DNA of 40,071 nucleotides from Calditrichia bacterium (GTDB lineage: Bacteria; Calditrichota; Calditrichia; RBG-13-44-9), in NCBI GenBank assembly GCA_037381445.1, contig JARRQT010000024.1, positions 1-40,071 of the forward strand, given 5' to 3'. Of this stretch, positions 18,288-27,673 are shown piece after piece (positions within the stretch are counted from its first letter, which is position 1; every line of letters begins with the position of its first letter). The position numbers and the translations under genes are program-made. The notes beneath the pieces are model-generated. The model saw only the letters and a program-made list of their open reading frames with translations. It was not told the DNA's origin and ran no database searches.

Positions 18288-19781
18288 ATGTTAAAAGGTT
18301 TACAGATTACTCTTTTAGCGGGTCTGTTGCTTTTCATTCCCTTGTTTGCCCAGACAAATCAGTGGATGACAGATTATACTGTTTTTGATGACAACTTTAA
18401 CGGAACAGGGTATCAGACATCCAGCGTCGCTGTCATCGGCTTAAACCGCTTTGTGGCCCTGGTCACCGAGACGCCGAATTCCCCTATTTTAGACAACTTG
18501 TTCACCCCGCCCGGAAACTATCTGGTCGGCTATTGGGATGCAGACTCCGGCCTGGGCCGGGTACCGTCCCCGATTAATGGTTCGCAAACGACACCGGCTT
18601 ATGGTACAACGGCGCAATTCACGGATTGGGAATACATTCTGGACCAGGTCAAACTGAAAGGTGCATGGCAGATAGCCGGTGACCAAAGCGGCTATGTTTA
18701 TGTAGCCAATAATGATGAGGAACATAACATTCTGGTTTTTGAGCTGAACTCCGGCGGTGTTGAATCTACCTCCTACCGGATGGCTACGGGTAATGCAAAT
18801 ATCTTTGGCATTGAAGTTGACACAGCCGGTTATGTTTATGTGGTTGATTATGAAGGCACCGATGCCAAAACAGATGAAGTAAAAGTATATGCCGGTATCG
18901 ATGCAGAAGGAACAACCTGGGGCGAATTCGGCGGGCACAATGATGCTCCGGTTGCCACGATTGATCTGCCCGTGGGAATTTACCAGGGCATTACCGTCAG
19001 CGGCGACGGGACAGAACTCTTTATCAGTGCCACATCCGAAAGAAGCATCTGGAAATATGTGGGCGATCCCGTTGGCGGATACACAAAAGCAGAAGATTTC
19101 TCCTTTACCCTCTCGCCGGATGACACCGTTTCAAACGGGGGCAGCGGAACTCCCAGTGTTCTCGGTCTTGCCTTCCAGGATGACTTCGGCCTGGTTTATG
19201 CCGCGGTTGATACTTTTATCGCACAGGGTCTGACGACCGGCTATCCGTATGGCCGTATATATGTTGTGGACGGCGGAAGCGCAGCCTCACTGGACACAAT
19301 AGACATTGCGGAATGGAATTTTGCCCGGACCGGCGCATACGACTCCGGATCAAATAACGGGCGCGCCGGCGGTTTTACCTCCGTGTGTGATGTGGATGTG
19401 GACCCCGAAGAAAAATCAGTTTACACGCAGACCTATTACGGCTGGGCAGTTGAAAAGTGGATCTTCGATGGCGATCTGGCGGTTCTGGACATCGGGCAAA
19501 TATCTGCTCAGATTCCCGAGAAGTATAATCTTCAGCAAAATTACCCCAATCCCTTTAACCCGGTAACAACTATTGAATTTGCAGTCGAAAAAACCGGGCT
19601 TGTCAATCTTGACATTTTTAATATCAGGGGTCAAAAAATTGCCGGCCTGGTGAACAAGACATTGACGCCGGGATCGTATAAGGTCAGTTTTGACGCCGGG
19701 CGTCTGCCTTCTGGCGTTTATTTCTACAGATTAACAGCGGGAACATTCCAGCAGACCAAGAGAATGATTCTGATGAAATAG
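18288..19781 (+). CDS. T9SS-secreted NHL/YVTN-like beta-propeller protein with type A CTD
   Basis: CAGGAG RBS and signal peptide. Blades GDQSGYVYVAN, IEVDTAGYVYVVD, ITVSGDGTELFIS. CTD LQQNYPNPFNP..LPSGVYFYRL..KRMILMK. Confidence 0.87.
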   Translation: MLKGLQITLLAGLLLFIPLFAQTNQWMTDYTVFDDNFNGTGYQTSSVAVIGLNRFVALVTETPNSPILDNLFTPPGNYLVGYWDADSGLGRVPSPINGSQTTPAYGTTAQFTDWEYILDQVKLKGAWQIAGDQSGYVYVANNDEEHNILVFELNSGGVESTSYRMATGNANIFGIEVDTAGYVYVVDYEGTDAKTDEVKVYAGIDAEGTTWGEFGGHNDAPVATIDLPVGIYQGITVSGDGTELFISATSERSIWKYVGDPVGGYTKAEDFSFTLSPDDTVSNGGSGTPSVLGLAFQDDFGLVYAAVDTFIAQGLTTGYPYGRIYVVDGGSAASLDTIDIAEWNFARTGAYDSGSNNGRAGGFTSVCDVDVDPEEKSVYTQTYYGWAVEKWIFDGDLAVLDIGQISAQIPEKYNLQQNYPNPFNPVTTIEFAVEKTGLVNLDIFNIRGQKIAGLVNKTLTPGSYKVSFDAGRLPSGVYFYRLTAGTFQQTKRMILMK

Positions 19782-19838
19782 TCCGCCTTAATCCAAGCAT
19801 TTTTGAATCATTCACTGAAATTGGCAGGATTTAAGAAC

Positions 19839-19877
19839 AAAAATCCCCGGCTGCTGTGAGCTGCCGGGGATTCTTTT
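19839..19877. terminator. Likely bidirectional rho-independent terminator between convergent genes
   Basis: Stem AATCCCCGGC...GCCGGGGATT (19842-19872), flanked by an A-run on the left and TCTTTT on the right, between the stops at 19781 (+) and 20053 (-). Confidence 0.75.
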
Positions 19878-20052
19878 GGGATACATTCGAGAAGTGTCGG
19901 ATTCCCACCCAAAAGATTGCTTTTCTCCCAATGCACATTCAATGCTTTTATTTGGGCCAATAGCCAGGTATGTTATTGGCCGCCAAAATCACCGGTGCTG
20001 GAATCGCAGCATCCCTGTTCCGGAGCAAGTGCGGGAAGGGGCAAAAGCACAT

Positions 20053-21210
20053 CTACAGCTCATCAGAATATACCACCGCCGCAGGCTCCCGAAGATTGTA
20101 GCGGGACGCCATCACCTGAGCATAGGCGCCGGCGCTGCGGATCGCCAGCAAATCGCCCCTCCCGGTCTCGGGAAGCAGCACTCCTTTCCCCAAAAAATCC
20201 GATGACTCGCATATCGGTCCCACCACATCATATTCTTTAACTGCTGCGGATTTACTGGTCAGATTCTCAATTTTGTGGTATGCCCCATAGAGTGCCGGTC
20301 GGATCAATTCCGTCATACCCGCATCGGTAATCGCAAAAGCGGTCTCTCCCGATTCCTTCTCATAAAGTACCCGGGTGAACAACGTGCCACACTGGCCAAC
20401 GACCGATCGTCCCAGCTCAAAATGGACTATCTGACCGGACCGGACTTCAAGATTTTCTTTGAAGATCTTGAAAAAAGACTTGTAATCCGGTACCGGATTT
20501 TCATCGGGATCTACATAGTCGATGCCAAGCCCGCCTCCCAGGTTCAGGTTCGGAAGCGGGACATTTCTTTTTTCAAACCAGTTCTGCAGCTCATTAACCT
20601 TTCTGCAGAGATTTTCATAAACCATCAGGTCCGTGATCTGTGAACCAATATGGAAATGAATGCCGATCAATTTGACTTTCTGCAATTGACCAAGAAGCGC
20701 AACGGCTCTATCCAGGTCCCGGAAAGGAATTCCAAATTTATTCTCTTCACGGCCGGTTGTAATGTAATGATGGGTATTGGCTTCCAGATTGGGATTCAAC
20801 CGCAGGGCGACCGGAGCTATAGTGTCCAGTTCGTTCGCCAATTCCTCTATCACTTCCAGTTCCTGGAGGGATTCGCAATTGAAACTATGGATATTATTTT
20901 GCAGCGCGTAGCGGATTTCCCGGTCTGTTTTTCCCACTCCGGCAAAAACGATTTCATTTTCCTGAAAACCCGTTTCAAGGGCACGGCCCACCTCGTTTCC
21001 GCTCACGCAATCCGCCCCCAGTCCGTGCGCGCGAATCTGTTCAAGAATACGAACATCCACATTGGCTTTTAGCGCATAATGAATTTTATACCCCGACTGC
21101 CCGGCGGCATCCGAAAGCCGGGCCAGATTTTGCCGCAGCATATCCAGGTCGTAAAAATAGAACGGTGTCTGAATCCGGTTCAACTTCTCTATCACTGATT
21201 TTTTAAACAT
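20053..21210 (-). CDS. lysA: Diaminopimelate decarboxylase
   Basis: TPFYFYD, PLP lysine YALKAN, DCVSGNE, AGVGK, NKFG, HFHIGSQ, LGGG, ELGR, RPALY, GPICESSD, AGAY..MASRYN. Confidence 0.95.
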   Translation of the reverse strand: MFKKSVIEKLNRIQTPFYFYDLDMLRQNLARLSDAAGQSGYKIHYALKANVDVRILEQIRAHGLGADCVSGNEVGRALETGFQENEIVFAGVGKTDREIRYALQNNIHSFNCESLQELEVIEELANELDTIAPVALRLNPNLEANTHHYITTGREENKFGIPFRDLDRAVALLGQLQKVKLIGIHFHIGSQITDLMVYENLCRKVNELQNWFEKRNVPLPNLNLGGGLGIDYVDPDENPVPDYKSFFKIFKENLEVRSGQIVHFELGRSVVGQCGTLFTRVLYEKESGETAFAITDAGMTELIRPALYGAYHKIENLTSKSAAVKEYDVVGPICESSDFLGKGVLLPETGRGDLLAIRSAGAYAQVMASRYNLREPAAVVYSDEL

Positions 21211-21251
21211 AATAACGTGTCCGATTAATCTTTTTTGGCATTCGGAGAATT

Positions 21252-22817
21252 TCAGGGAGTCGGCGGTTTTCTGCTGAAGGCGGTGATTAAATCGCAGATC
21301 CGGTCCTGCAGTTTCCGAATCTGTGATGCCGGCTTCACGAAGTCTGCCATGATCATGGAAAAAGCAACCAATTCTCCATCCGCTGTTGTCGCGTAGCCGG
21401 ACAGGGAACTGACGCCCCGCAAAGAGCCGGTCTTGGCCCGCACCTTTTCATCAGCGGGTCCATTCCGCATCCGCTTTTCCAGGGTTCCATCCACACCTGC
21501 CACTGGCAGCGAGCTCACATATTCCGGCTGAACCTGGAAATCCCGGTACATCCGACGGAGTAATTCCACTAACAAATCCGGCGAGACCAGATCGTACCGT
21601 GATACCCCGGAGCCGTCGACAATGTAGTATGAATTACTGTCCACGCCGGTCTCCTGCAGAAATGCTTTCACCACCGAGACGCCTTTGGGCGCGGTTCCGG
21701 GGATGCCCCGAATCTCCGCCCCCAGTGTTTTAAGGATCTGTTCGGCGGACAGATTATCGCTGATTTTGTTGGTATTTCTGACCGCCAGGGAAAGCGGTTC
21801 GGACTGATGAACTAGAAGGGTTTCCGCATTCTGCGGAGTGATTCCTTTTGCCACATGGCCGTCGAGCCGAATATTTACCCGCTGCAGAAGCTCTTTGAAG
21901 AGGGTCCCGACGTAAAGCGCCGGCTCCATCACATCAACGACAACGCTTTCCGGCGGCGCGCCGGCAGCGAGCCCCCCATCTATTACCACGGTGTTTTCGG
22001 GATTTTTCCATTTTCTTTCAACCTTAAAATCCTCCAGCCGAAGCGAATCGGTTGAGTCAACGGTAACAGCATGATTTTCAATTTGAAGATAACGGATCGG
22101 CGGATCAAAAGAAATTAACAGACTGTCCCCAACATTTTTGGCAGGCCTGACAATAACAGTCACGCAATTGTCATTAACGGTTAATGCCCCGATCGGCGCA
22201 AAGTACCATGAAGAAGCGTCATCCCACATCCATCCTTCACCTCGGTAAAAATCATCAAAATAAGACTCATCGCACAGCAGATTGCCATCAATGCGCTCCA
22301 CTCCGTATTGATGGAGATCGTCGACCAGTTTACCCAGGTCATCCGTTGTCAGGTCGGGATTCCCGTATCCTTTAAGGTAAAGATTTCCATGAAGGACACT
22401 GTCGTCTGCCGCGCCCGAATCGGCATAAACCGCCGTGCAAAACCGGAAATCCGGTCCCAGCCGCTCCAGACCAGCCGCCGTGGTCAGAAGTTTCATATTG
22501 GATGCCGGATTAAATAACTTGCCGCTATCCCGCGCATAGAGAACATCACCATTTTCCAGCGAAACTATTTTTAGACCCGTATGCGCCTGAAGCAGCAGGG
22601 AATCATCCAGAACGCTATCAATCTGCACGGCAAGGTTCATCAAAGCAGACGCAGGCGGTTTCTTTTCTTTTTTCGGAAGGCCTGCGGCACAGGAAATCAA
22701 AAAAAGGCATGAAATCAAACCAACAAATCTGAGCCAAAAACCGGCAAACCGAATATTTAATTTTTCTGCGGGCTCGAGTTTTCTCATGGAAAAATGCAAT
22801 ATGCCTCCTCTTGCCAA
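21252..22817 (-). CDS. dacB: D-alanyl-D-alanine carboxypeptidase/endopeptidase (PBP4, peptidase S13), probable lipoprotein
   Basis: SxxK (PASNMKL), SxN (ISDN), DGSG, SLPVAGVDGTL, KTG (AKTGSL). Lipobox-like LISC. The true start may be the ATG at 22787. Confidence 0.93.
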   Translation of the reverse strand: MARGGILHFSMRKLEPAEKLNIRFAGFWLRFVGLISCLFLISCAAGLPKKEKKPPASALMNLAVQIDSVLDDSLLLQAHTGLKIVSLENGDVLYARDSGKLFNPASNMKLLTTAAGLERLGPDFRFCTAVYADSGAADDSVLHGNLYLKGYGNPDLTTDDLGKLVDDLHQYGVERIDGNLLCDESYFDDFYRGEGWMWDDASSWYFAPIGALTVNDNCVTVIVRPAKNVGDSLLISFDPPIRYLQIENHAVTVDSTDSLRLEDFKVERKWKNPENTVVIDGGLAAGAPPESVVVDVMEPALYVGTLFKELLQRVNIRLDGHVAKGITPQNAETLLVHQSEPLSLAVRNTNKISDNLSAEQILKTLGAEIRGIPGTAPKGVSVVKAFLQETGVDSNSYYIVDGSGVSRYDLVSPDLLVELLRRMYRDFQVQPEYVSSLPVAGVDGTLEKRMRNGPADEKVRAKTGSLRGVSSLSGYATTADGELVAFSMIMADFVKPASQIRKLQDRICDLITAFSRKPPTP

Positions 22818-22937
22818 TTTATTTTTTTAGCATAAGGACGGAGTCTCATTCGATCCGGTCCAATTTTATAAGTCTGCTCCCGCCGCGTCCCGGGGTACTA
22901 AATACTGCCATGACAATGCAGTCTTTCGGATTCGCTG

Positions 22938-24335
22938 TCAGGAGTCTTTTATTTTAAGAGGGGTCCTTTCCTCCACTTCAAGTTTGGCAAAATAAATTTT
23001 CGCTGCCTGCTTTACCTTCGGGGCCAGGATAAGCGCCGAAACCATGGTCGGCACCGCCATGAGGGCATACATGCCATCGATAACATTGATCACCGTCCTC
23101 AATGATGCGACCGAAGCAACTACAATCATCAAAACATAGAAGTAATTATAATAGTGCTTCCGTTCCGCCCCAATTAAAAAACCAAGCGCCTTGGATCCAT
23201 AATAAGAATAACTGAACATGGTGGAAACACTGAAAAACAGGACGCAAGTCAGCAGAATGTAGATTCCCACACCAGCAAATGCTTCCCGGAATGCCATGGC
23301 GGTCAGGGTAACGCCATTGACTTCGCCGGCTTCCCAGACCCCGGTGACCAGAATCATCAGCGCGGTGCAGGTACAAACCAAAATCGTATCGATGAACGGT
23401 CCCAGCATTGCTACCAGGCCCTGGCGGATGGGCTCGGCGGTTTTAGCGGCCCCATGGGCCATGGCAGTGGTGCCAACCCCGGCTTCATTGGAAAAGGCGC
23501 CCCTGCGTATGCCGGTGACGATGACCGCCCAGATAACCCCGCCGGCAACAGCTTTGCCGGAAAAGGCATCATTAAAAATCAGGGCAAACATCCCCGGAAT
23601 ATGGCGGTGAAAAATCGCCAGTGTGGACAGGGCAGTTATCAGATAAAGCAGCACCATGGTCGGGACAATACGTGCGGCTACCGCTCCAATGCGGGAGATT
23701 CCCCCGAAAATCACCAGGGAAACAAGCCCGGCGATGATAACGCCGCTCAGGAAGTTGAAAATAAAATGAGACTCCCCGATCCATCCGTTAGGTATAAAAA
23801 CCAGGTCACGAAGCACCTGGACCAGTTGGTTCGCCTGAAAGGCGGGTAGGCACCCAATCAGTGCCGCCACGGAAAACACCACCGCAAACGGTTTCCACTT
23901 CCTGCCCAGGCCTTCCACCAGCACATACATCGGACCCCCCTGCAATTTCCCCTGACTATCTTTTCCGCGGTAGATCACTGCCAGGGAATTGACAAAAAAC
24001 TCGGTAGCCATTCCGGCAATGGCGCACACCCACATCCAGAAAATTGCGCCCGGGCCGCCGGTATAGATAGCAATTGCTACGCCGGAGATATTGCCAAGTC
24101 CCACTGCACCTGCCATGGCGCTGGAAAGCGCCTGAAAGGGATTAATCTCGCCCGGATTATCGGGGTCGTTGTATTTGCCCCGCAACACATCAATTGCATG
24201 ATAGAAATAACGGAACGGCGCCAGTCCGGAATAAAAAAGGAAAAAGAACCCTCCCCCGACCAGCAGCACCATCAGCCATGGCCCCCACGCATAATTGGCA
24301 AAAGTGGCAAAGATGTTTTCGATTTGATGAATCAT
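22938..24335 (-). CDS. Alanine/glycine:cation symporter (AGCS family)
   Basis: PFQAL, VGLGNISGVA, GGPGAIFWMW, GGPMY, QAN, RRGAFSNEAGVG, GPFIDT..CTCTAL, YSYYG. Many transmembrane segments. Confidence 0.93.
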   Translation of the reverse strand: MIHQIENIFATFANYAWGPWLMVLLVGGGFFFLFYSGLAPFRYFYHAIDVLRGKYNDPDNPGEINPFQALSSAMAGAVGLGNISGVAIAIYTGGPGAIFWMWVCAIAGMATEFFVNSLAVIYRGKDSQGKLQGGPMYVLVEGLGRKWKPFAVVFSVAALIGCLPAFQANQLVQVLRDLVFIPNGWIGESHFIFNFLSGVIIAGLVSLVIFGGISRIGAVAARIVPTMVLLYLITALSTLAIFHRHIPGMFALIFNDAFSGKAVAGGVIWAVIVTGIRRGAFSNEAGVGTTAMAHGAAKTAEPIRQGLVAMLGPFIDTILVCTCTALMILVTGVWEAGEVNGVTLTAMAFREAFAGVGIYILLTCVLFFSVSTMFSYSYYGSKALGFLIGAERKHYYNYFYVLMIVVASVASLRTVINVIDGMYALMAVPTMVSALILAPKVKQAAKIYFAKLEVEERTPLKIKDS

Positions 24336-24987
24336 ATTCTAACTCCGGGGCTTGGTCCCAGTCAGTCATCTAAAATATGAAGAGAGAAAAAAATAATTAA
24401 TTTCCACCCGGCATTGACGCAACAAAACGGATTTCAGGCAATTCAAAAGTTCAGTCATTAATGCCATAGTTATTCATTGGTTGGCGACTGCTTTTTTCAT
24501 CCCTTCGGGTATAAGACGGAACCTCCGGCATAACTTTGGAGGACACTTTTTAAAAGTCTGCAAAATCTCCTGTCTGATACTGAGGGGCATAAAACAGACT
24601 TGTTTTAAAAGGGCAGTACTATCGAACTCAGTTAAAAACGATTTTGACTACGGTCTATGCAAAACCTTTTTTCAGCGACATGCGGACAGATTAAAAAAAT
24701 CGATAAAGCGAATTTAAAATATTGTTTCACTGGCATGAAATGCAATCAAAAAATAAGATTATCATGATTTTTAATCATGAGGCGGTCGCCTGCAATATTT
24801 GATCGGTTTCAAAACCGTATTGAATCATTCCCCGAACAGAACGGACAATATCTATCACATCATGCTCTAACAGACATATTCTGCGATCAATGTCCCTTTT
24901 GATTATATTTGGGTGTTTCCAGCTTGGCTTTGCCATTTCACAACAAAATTTATGAATCAAAGATCTGATTCCAGACCTTCACCCGGT

Positions 24988-27432
24988 TCAATCATCATCC
25001 TTTTCATCCTTATTTTTCTTAAAAAAAGCGGCGTGAACCGGGGGAGGACAGGGAATATCCTCTCCCTTGACTGCCACCCACAGCACCTCGTTAAATGCAG
25101 CATCCGGAGCCCTGTCTTCTTTCGTGAAATTAAATTCCTCACTCATTCGCTGCCATTTGTTCATGGCCAGATTACGTTCGGTGAGATCCACCTGTGCAGG
25201 TTTGGCCGTGAAAGGCTCCGCCTCTGTTGTATCCATAAAACAGCGCCACATGGGAGTGGCAGCAGCATCATACTGGCTCATTGGGGGAAGGCCCAAAATC
25301 AGCTCAATAGTTCGCAGCATGGAAGAAGTGGAATACATGGTATGATCCACAAACTGCCTTTTTACAAAACCGCCTGCCACATAAGCCGTGGTGCGGTGGG
25401 CATCCACGTGATCGGGGCCATTCTGGGCATCATCTTCAACAATAAATACCGCGCTTTCTTTCCATACCGGACTGTGACTGAGATGGTCCAGAAACAGTCC
25501 AACCGCCAAGTCGTTATCCGCCACGTGGGCAAACGGAGTAGGTCGACCTTTACGCAAACCTTCGGTGTGATCGTTAATAAACCGGATCGTGCTGAGCTGC
25601 GGCAGACTGCCAGCCGTAAGAAGCGAATCAAAATCACGCCGCCACTGACTGAAACGCGTCGTATCGGCTACCGACTCATCCCAGCCGGTGAAATACGGGC
25701 AAAGGTGATCTTTTAAAACCGGTATGTTGGGCTTGTAGTTATCTGCAAATTCACCATACGTTCGGTAGGTAACCCCATATCGTTTGCAAAAGTCCCACAG
25801 AAAGCCGTTTTTATTGTTGGCAATCTCGCGGGTACCCTCGGCGTTATAGAAACCGCCCCGCCCGCCATACCGGGTGGGCCAGGTTTTTTCCAGAAAATCT
25901 GTGGCATAGGCGCCCATACTCCAGTTGTGTCCATCAGCGCTTACCTCGCCATCCACATAAAAATTATCCAAAAGCACAAATTGGCTCGCCACCGCATGCT
26001 GGTTTGGGGTAATCCTTTCTCCGAAAAGCACCAGTGAGGTGTCTCCATTTCCATCTTTCACATCGCCGAGGACCTGGTCATAGGTCCGGTTTTCTTTTAT
26101 GACATAAAATACATACCTGATTGGCGATACATCACCAACGCGCCGGGGGATGGGATTTCGCGGTTCTCCGTTCACCAGGTTTTCCATCTCTTTTTTATAG
26201 GGACTGTTGTGATACACCGCCAGCGAATAAGCAGACAATTGCTCTTCATCCGGCACGGGGATAATGCTCAGTCTACCCCGAAAAAGGCCGCCAATATACT
26301 GTTCTTTGATAACCTTAGTCGAATCCCCCTTCTGATAACGGACATCCCCGCCCCTTCTTGCCGGATTTGGACCATCGGGATTGGCAAGGGAAGAGAATCC
26401 CTTTCCATTAGCGACGAAGATATTGTCTTTCACAATCCGGACACAGGTGGGATACCAGCCGGTGGGGATGAAGCCCAGGCTGCCGCTGTTTCCCGGCCGA
26501 CTGACATCAAAGACTGCCAGGCAGTTATTGTCGGCATTGGCCACATAGAGCGTCTTTTCATCTTCGCTCAGTGCCACGCTGTTGCTGGTGGAGCCGGTGA
26601 GGGCATCAGGGTACAAGGCCGAATTGAGTGTTTCGATAACTTTCCGCTTTGTCAAATCAATTACCGAAACGGAGTTATCATTGGCATTTGCCACATACAG
26701 GAATCCGCCGCTGCGCGAGAGGCACATGTCATTGGGATTATCTCCAACCGGTATAGCCCCCAGGAAGCGGCGGTGTTCAGTGTCAAACATCTGCACTTTA
26801 TCGCATCCCCAGCAGCTGATATACAGAACTTTTCTATCCGGGGAGAGTCGGCAGGTGTAGCCTTCCCCGCCCAGCGGATAGCGGCCGGCCACTTCATGTT
26901 TGGATAAATCCAGAATGTAGAGTGAATTATTCTCCGTTGTAACAGTATACAGCAGTTTGCGGGCGTCATCCAGGGCAATTCCCGCCGGCGATATTTTCTC
27001 CGGCCACGGTTTCCCGATAATAAAAGTATCAACGGGCTCCAGTTGTTTCTCGCTGATATCGAATTTCAGAATCCGGTTGTCATTTCCTCCGGAAGCATAT
27101 AATGCCTTGCCGTCATCACTGAAGACCAAGCCGATCCATGCTTTTCCCACAAAAACAGTGTCCCGGATTCTTTGTCTATGGATGTCGATCAATTGAATGG
27201 TCTGGTCGCTTTGCCCGTTGTTAGTCACCGCCAGCCATTTTCCGGACGGTGATACCGCCATATTCAAAGGCAAATCTCCCAGCGGTAAACTGCGGCCAAC
27301 CGGCGTTAATTTCCATCCATTCGGCAACCGGATTCGTTGCGATTCAATCTTTTCCAAAGTCTGGCCGCCGGACTGCAAGGGCAGGAGCAAGCCTGCCAAA
27401 AAAAGATAAAAAAGGAAACATCGCTTTTTCAT
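24988..27432 (-). CDS. Secreted YncE/YVTN beta-propeller + phosphoesterase (alkaline phosphatase superfamily, phospholipase C-like) protein
   Basis: Probable start MKKRCFLFYL at 27432 (GAAAGG upstream). LPNGWKLTPVG and YVAN repeats, IPTGWYP, then IKENRTYDQVLGD, DNFY..SADGHNW, NDHT, EDDAQNGPDHVDAHR, LRTIELILGLPPM. Confidence 0.9.
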   Translation of the reverse strand: MKKRCFLFYLFLAGLLLPLQSGGQTLEKIESQRIRLPNGWKLTPVGRSLPLGDLPLNMAVSPSGKWLAVTNNGQSDQTIQLIDIHRQRIRDTVFVGKAWIGLVFSDDGKALYASGGNDNRILKFDISEKQLEPVDTFIIGKPWPEKISPAGIALDDARKLLYTVTTENNSLYILDLSKHEVAGRYPLGGEGYTCRLSPDRKVLYISCWGCDKVQMFDTEHRRFLGAIPVGDNPNDMCLSRSGGFLYVANANDNSVSVIDLTKRKVIETLNSALYPDALTGSTSNSVALSEDEKTLYVANADNNCLAVFDVSRPGNSGSLGFIPTGWYPTCVRIVKDNIFVANGKGFSSLANPDGPNPARRGGDVRYQKGDSTKVIKEQYIGGLFRGRLSIIPVPDEEQLSAYSLAVYHNSPYKKEMENLVNGEPRNPIPRRVGDVSPIRYVFYVIKENRTYDQVLGDVKDGNGDTSLVLFGERITPNQHAVASQFVLLDNFYVDGEVSADGHNWSMGAYATDFLEKTWPTRYGGRGGFYNAEGTREIANNKNGFLWDFCKRYGVTYRTYGEFADNYKPNIPVLKDHLCPYFTGWDESVADTTRFSQWRRDFDSLLTAGSLPQLSTIRFINDHTEGLRKGRPTPFAHVADNDLAVGLFLDHLSHSPVWKESAVFIVEDDAQNGPDHVDAHRTTAYVAGGFVKRQFVDHTMYSTSSMLRTIELILGLPPMSQYDAAATPMWRCFMDTTEAEPFTAKPAQVDLTERNLAMNKWQRMSEEFNFTKEDRAPDAAFNEVLWVAVKGEDIPCPPPVHAAFFKKNKDEKDDD

Positions 27433-27673
27433 TCGGGGTACCTTTCCGCAGAATTGCAGTTTTATATTTCTATCCGGATTCCAGCCTGACATTGCGGAGA
27501 TTTTGCCTACGCTTCGGAATTTATTCAGCAGGACATGGCTAAAATTAATTACTATTCCTCGGGTTTTCCCATTGGAGATTATTTTTTGAAAAAGTGCCCC
27601 TTTTGGAATATTTTTATTAATGAAATCCCTAAAACGGCAACATTGCAAAGGACATTGAATCTTTTACCGCACT

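Noticed and set aside
2792..22817. Equivalence to the Bacillus dacB-spmA-spmB sporulation operon
   Set aside because: The DacB here is the S13/PBP4 type rather than the Bacillus S11 enzyme, and it lies 17 kb away. There are no sporulation genes.
24336..24770. Glycine or lysine riboswitch upstream of the symporter-dacB-lysA genes
   Set aside because: No GGAGA..CCGAAG..CTCAGG or L-box pattern found by eye. An Rfam scan would be decisive.
27433..27648. 72-aa N-terminal extension of the phosphoesterase ORF
   Set aside because: AT-rich and lacking an RBS. The signal peptide and RBS point to the ATG at 27432.
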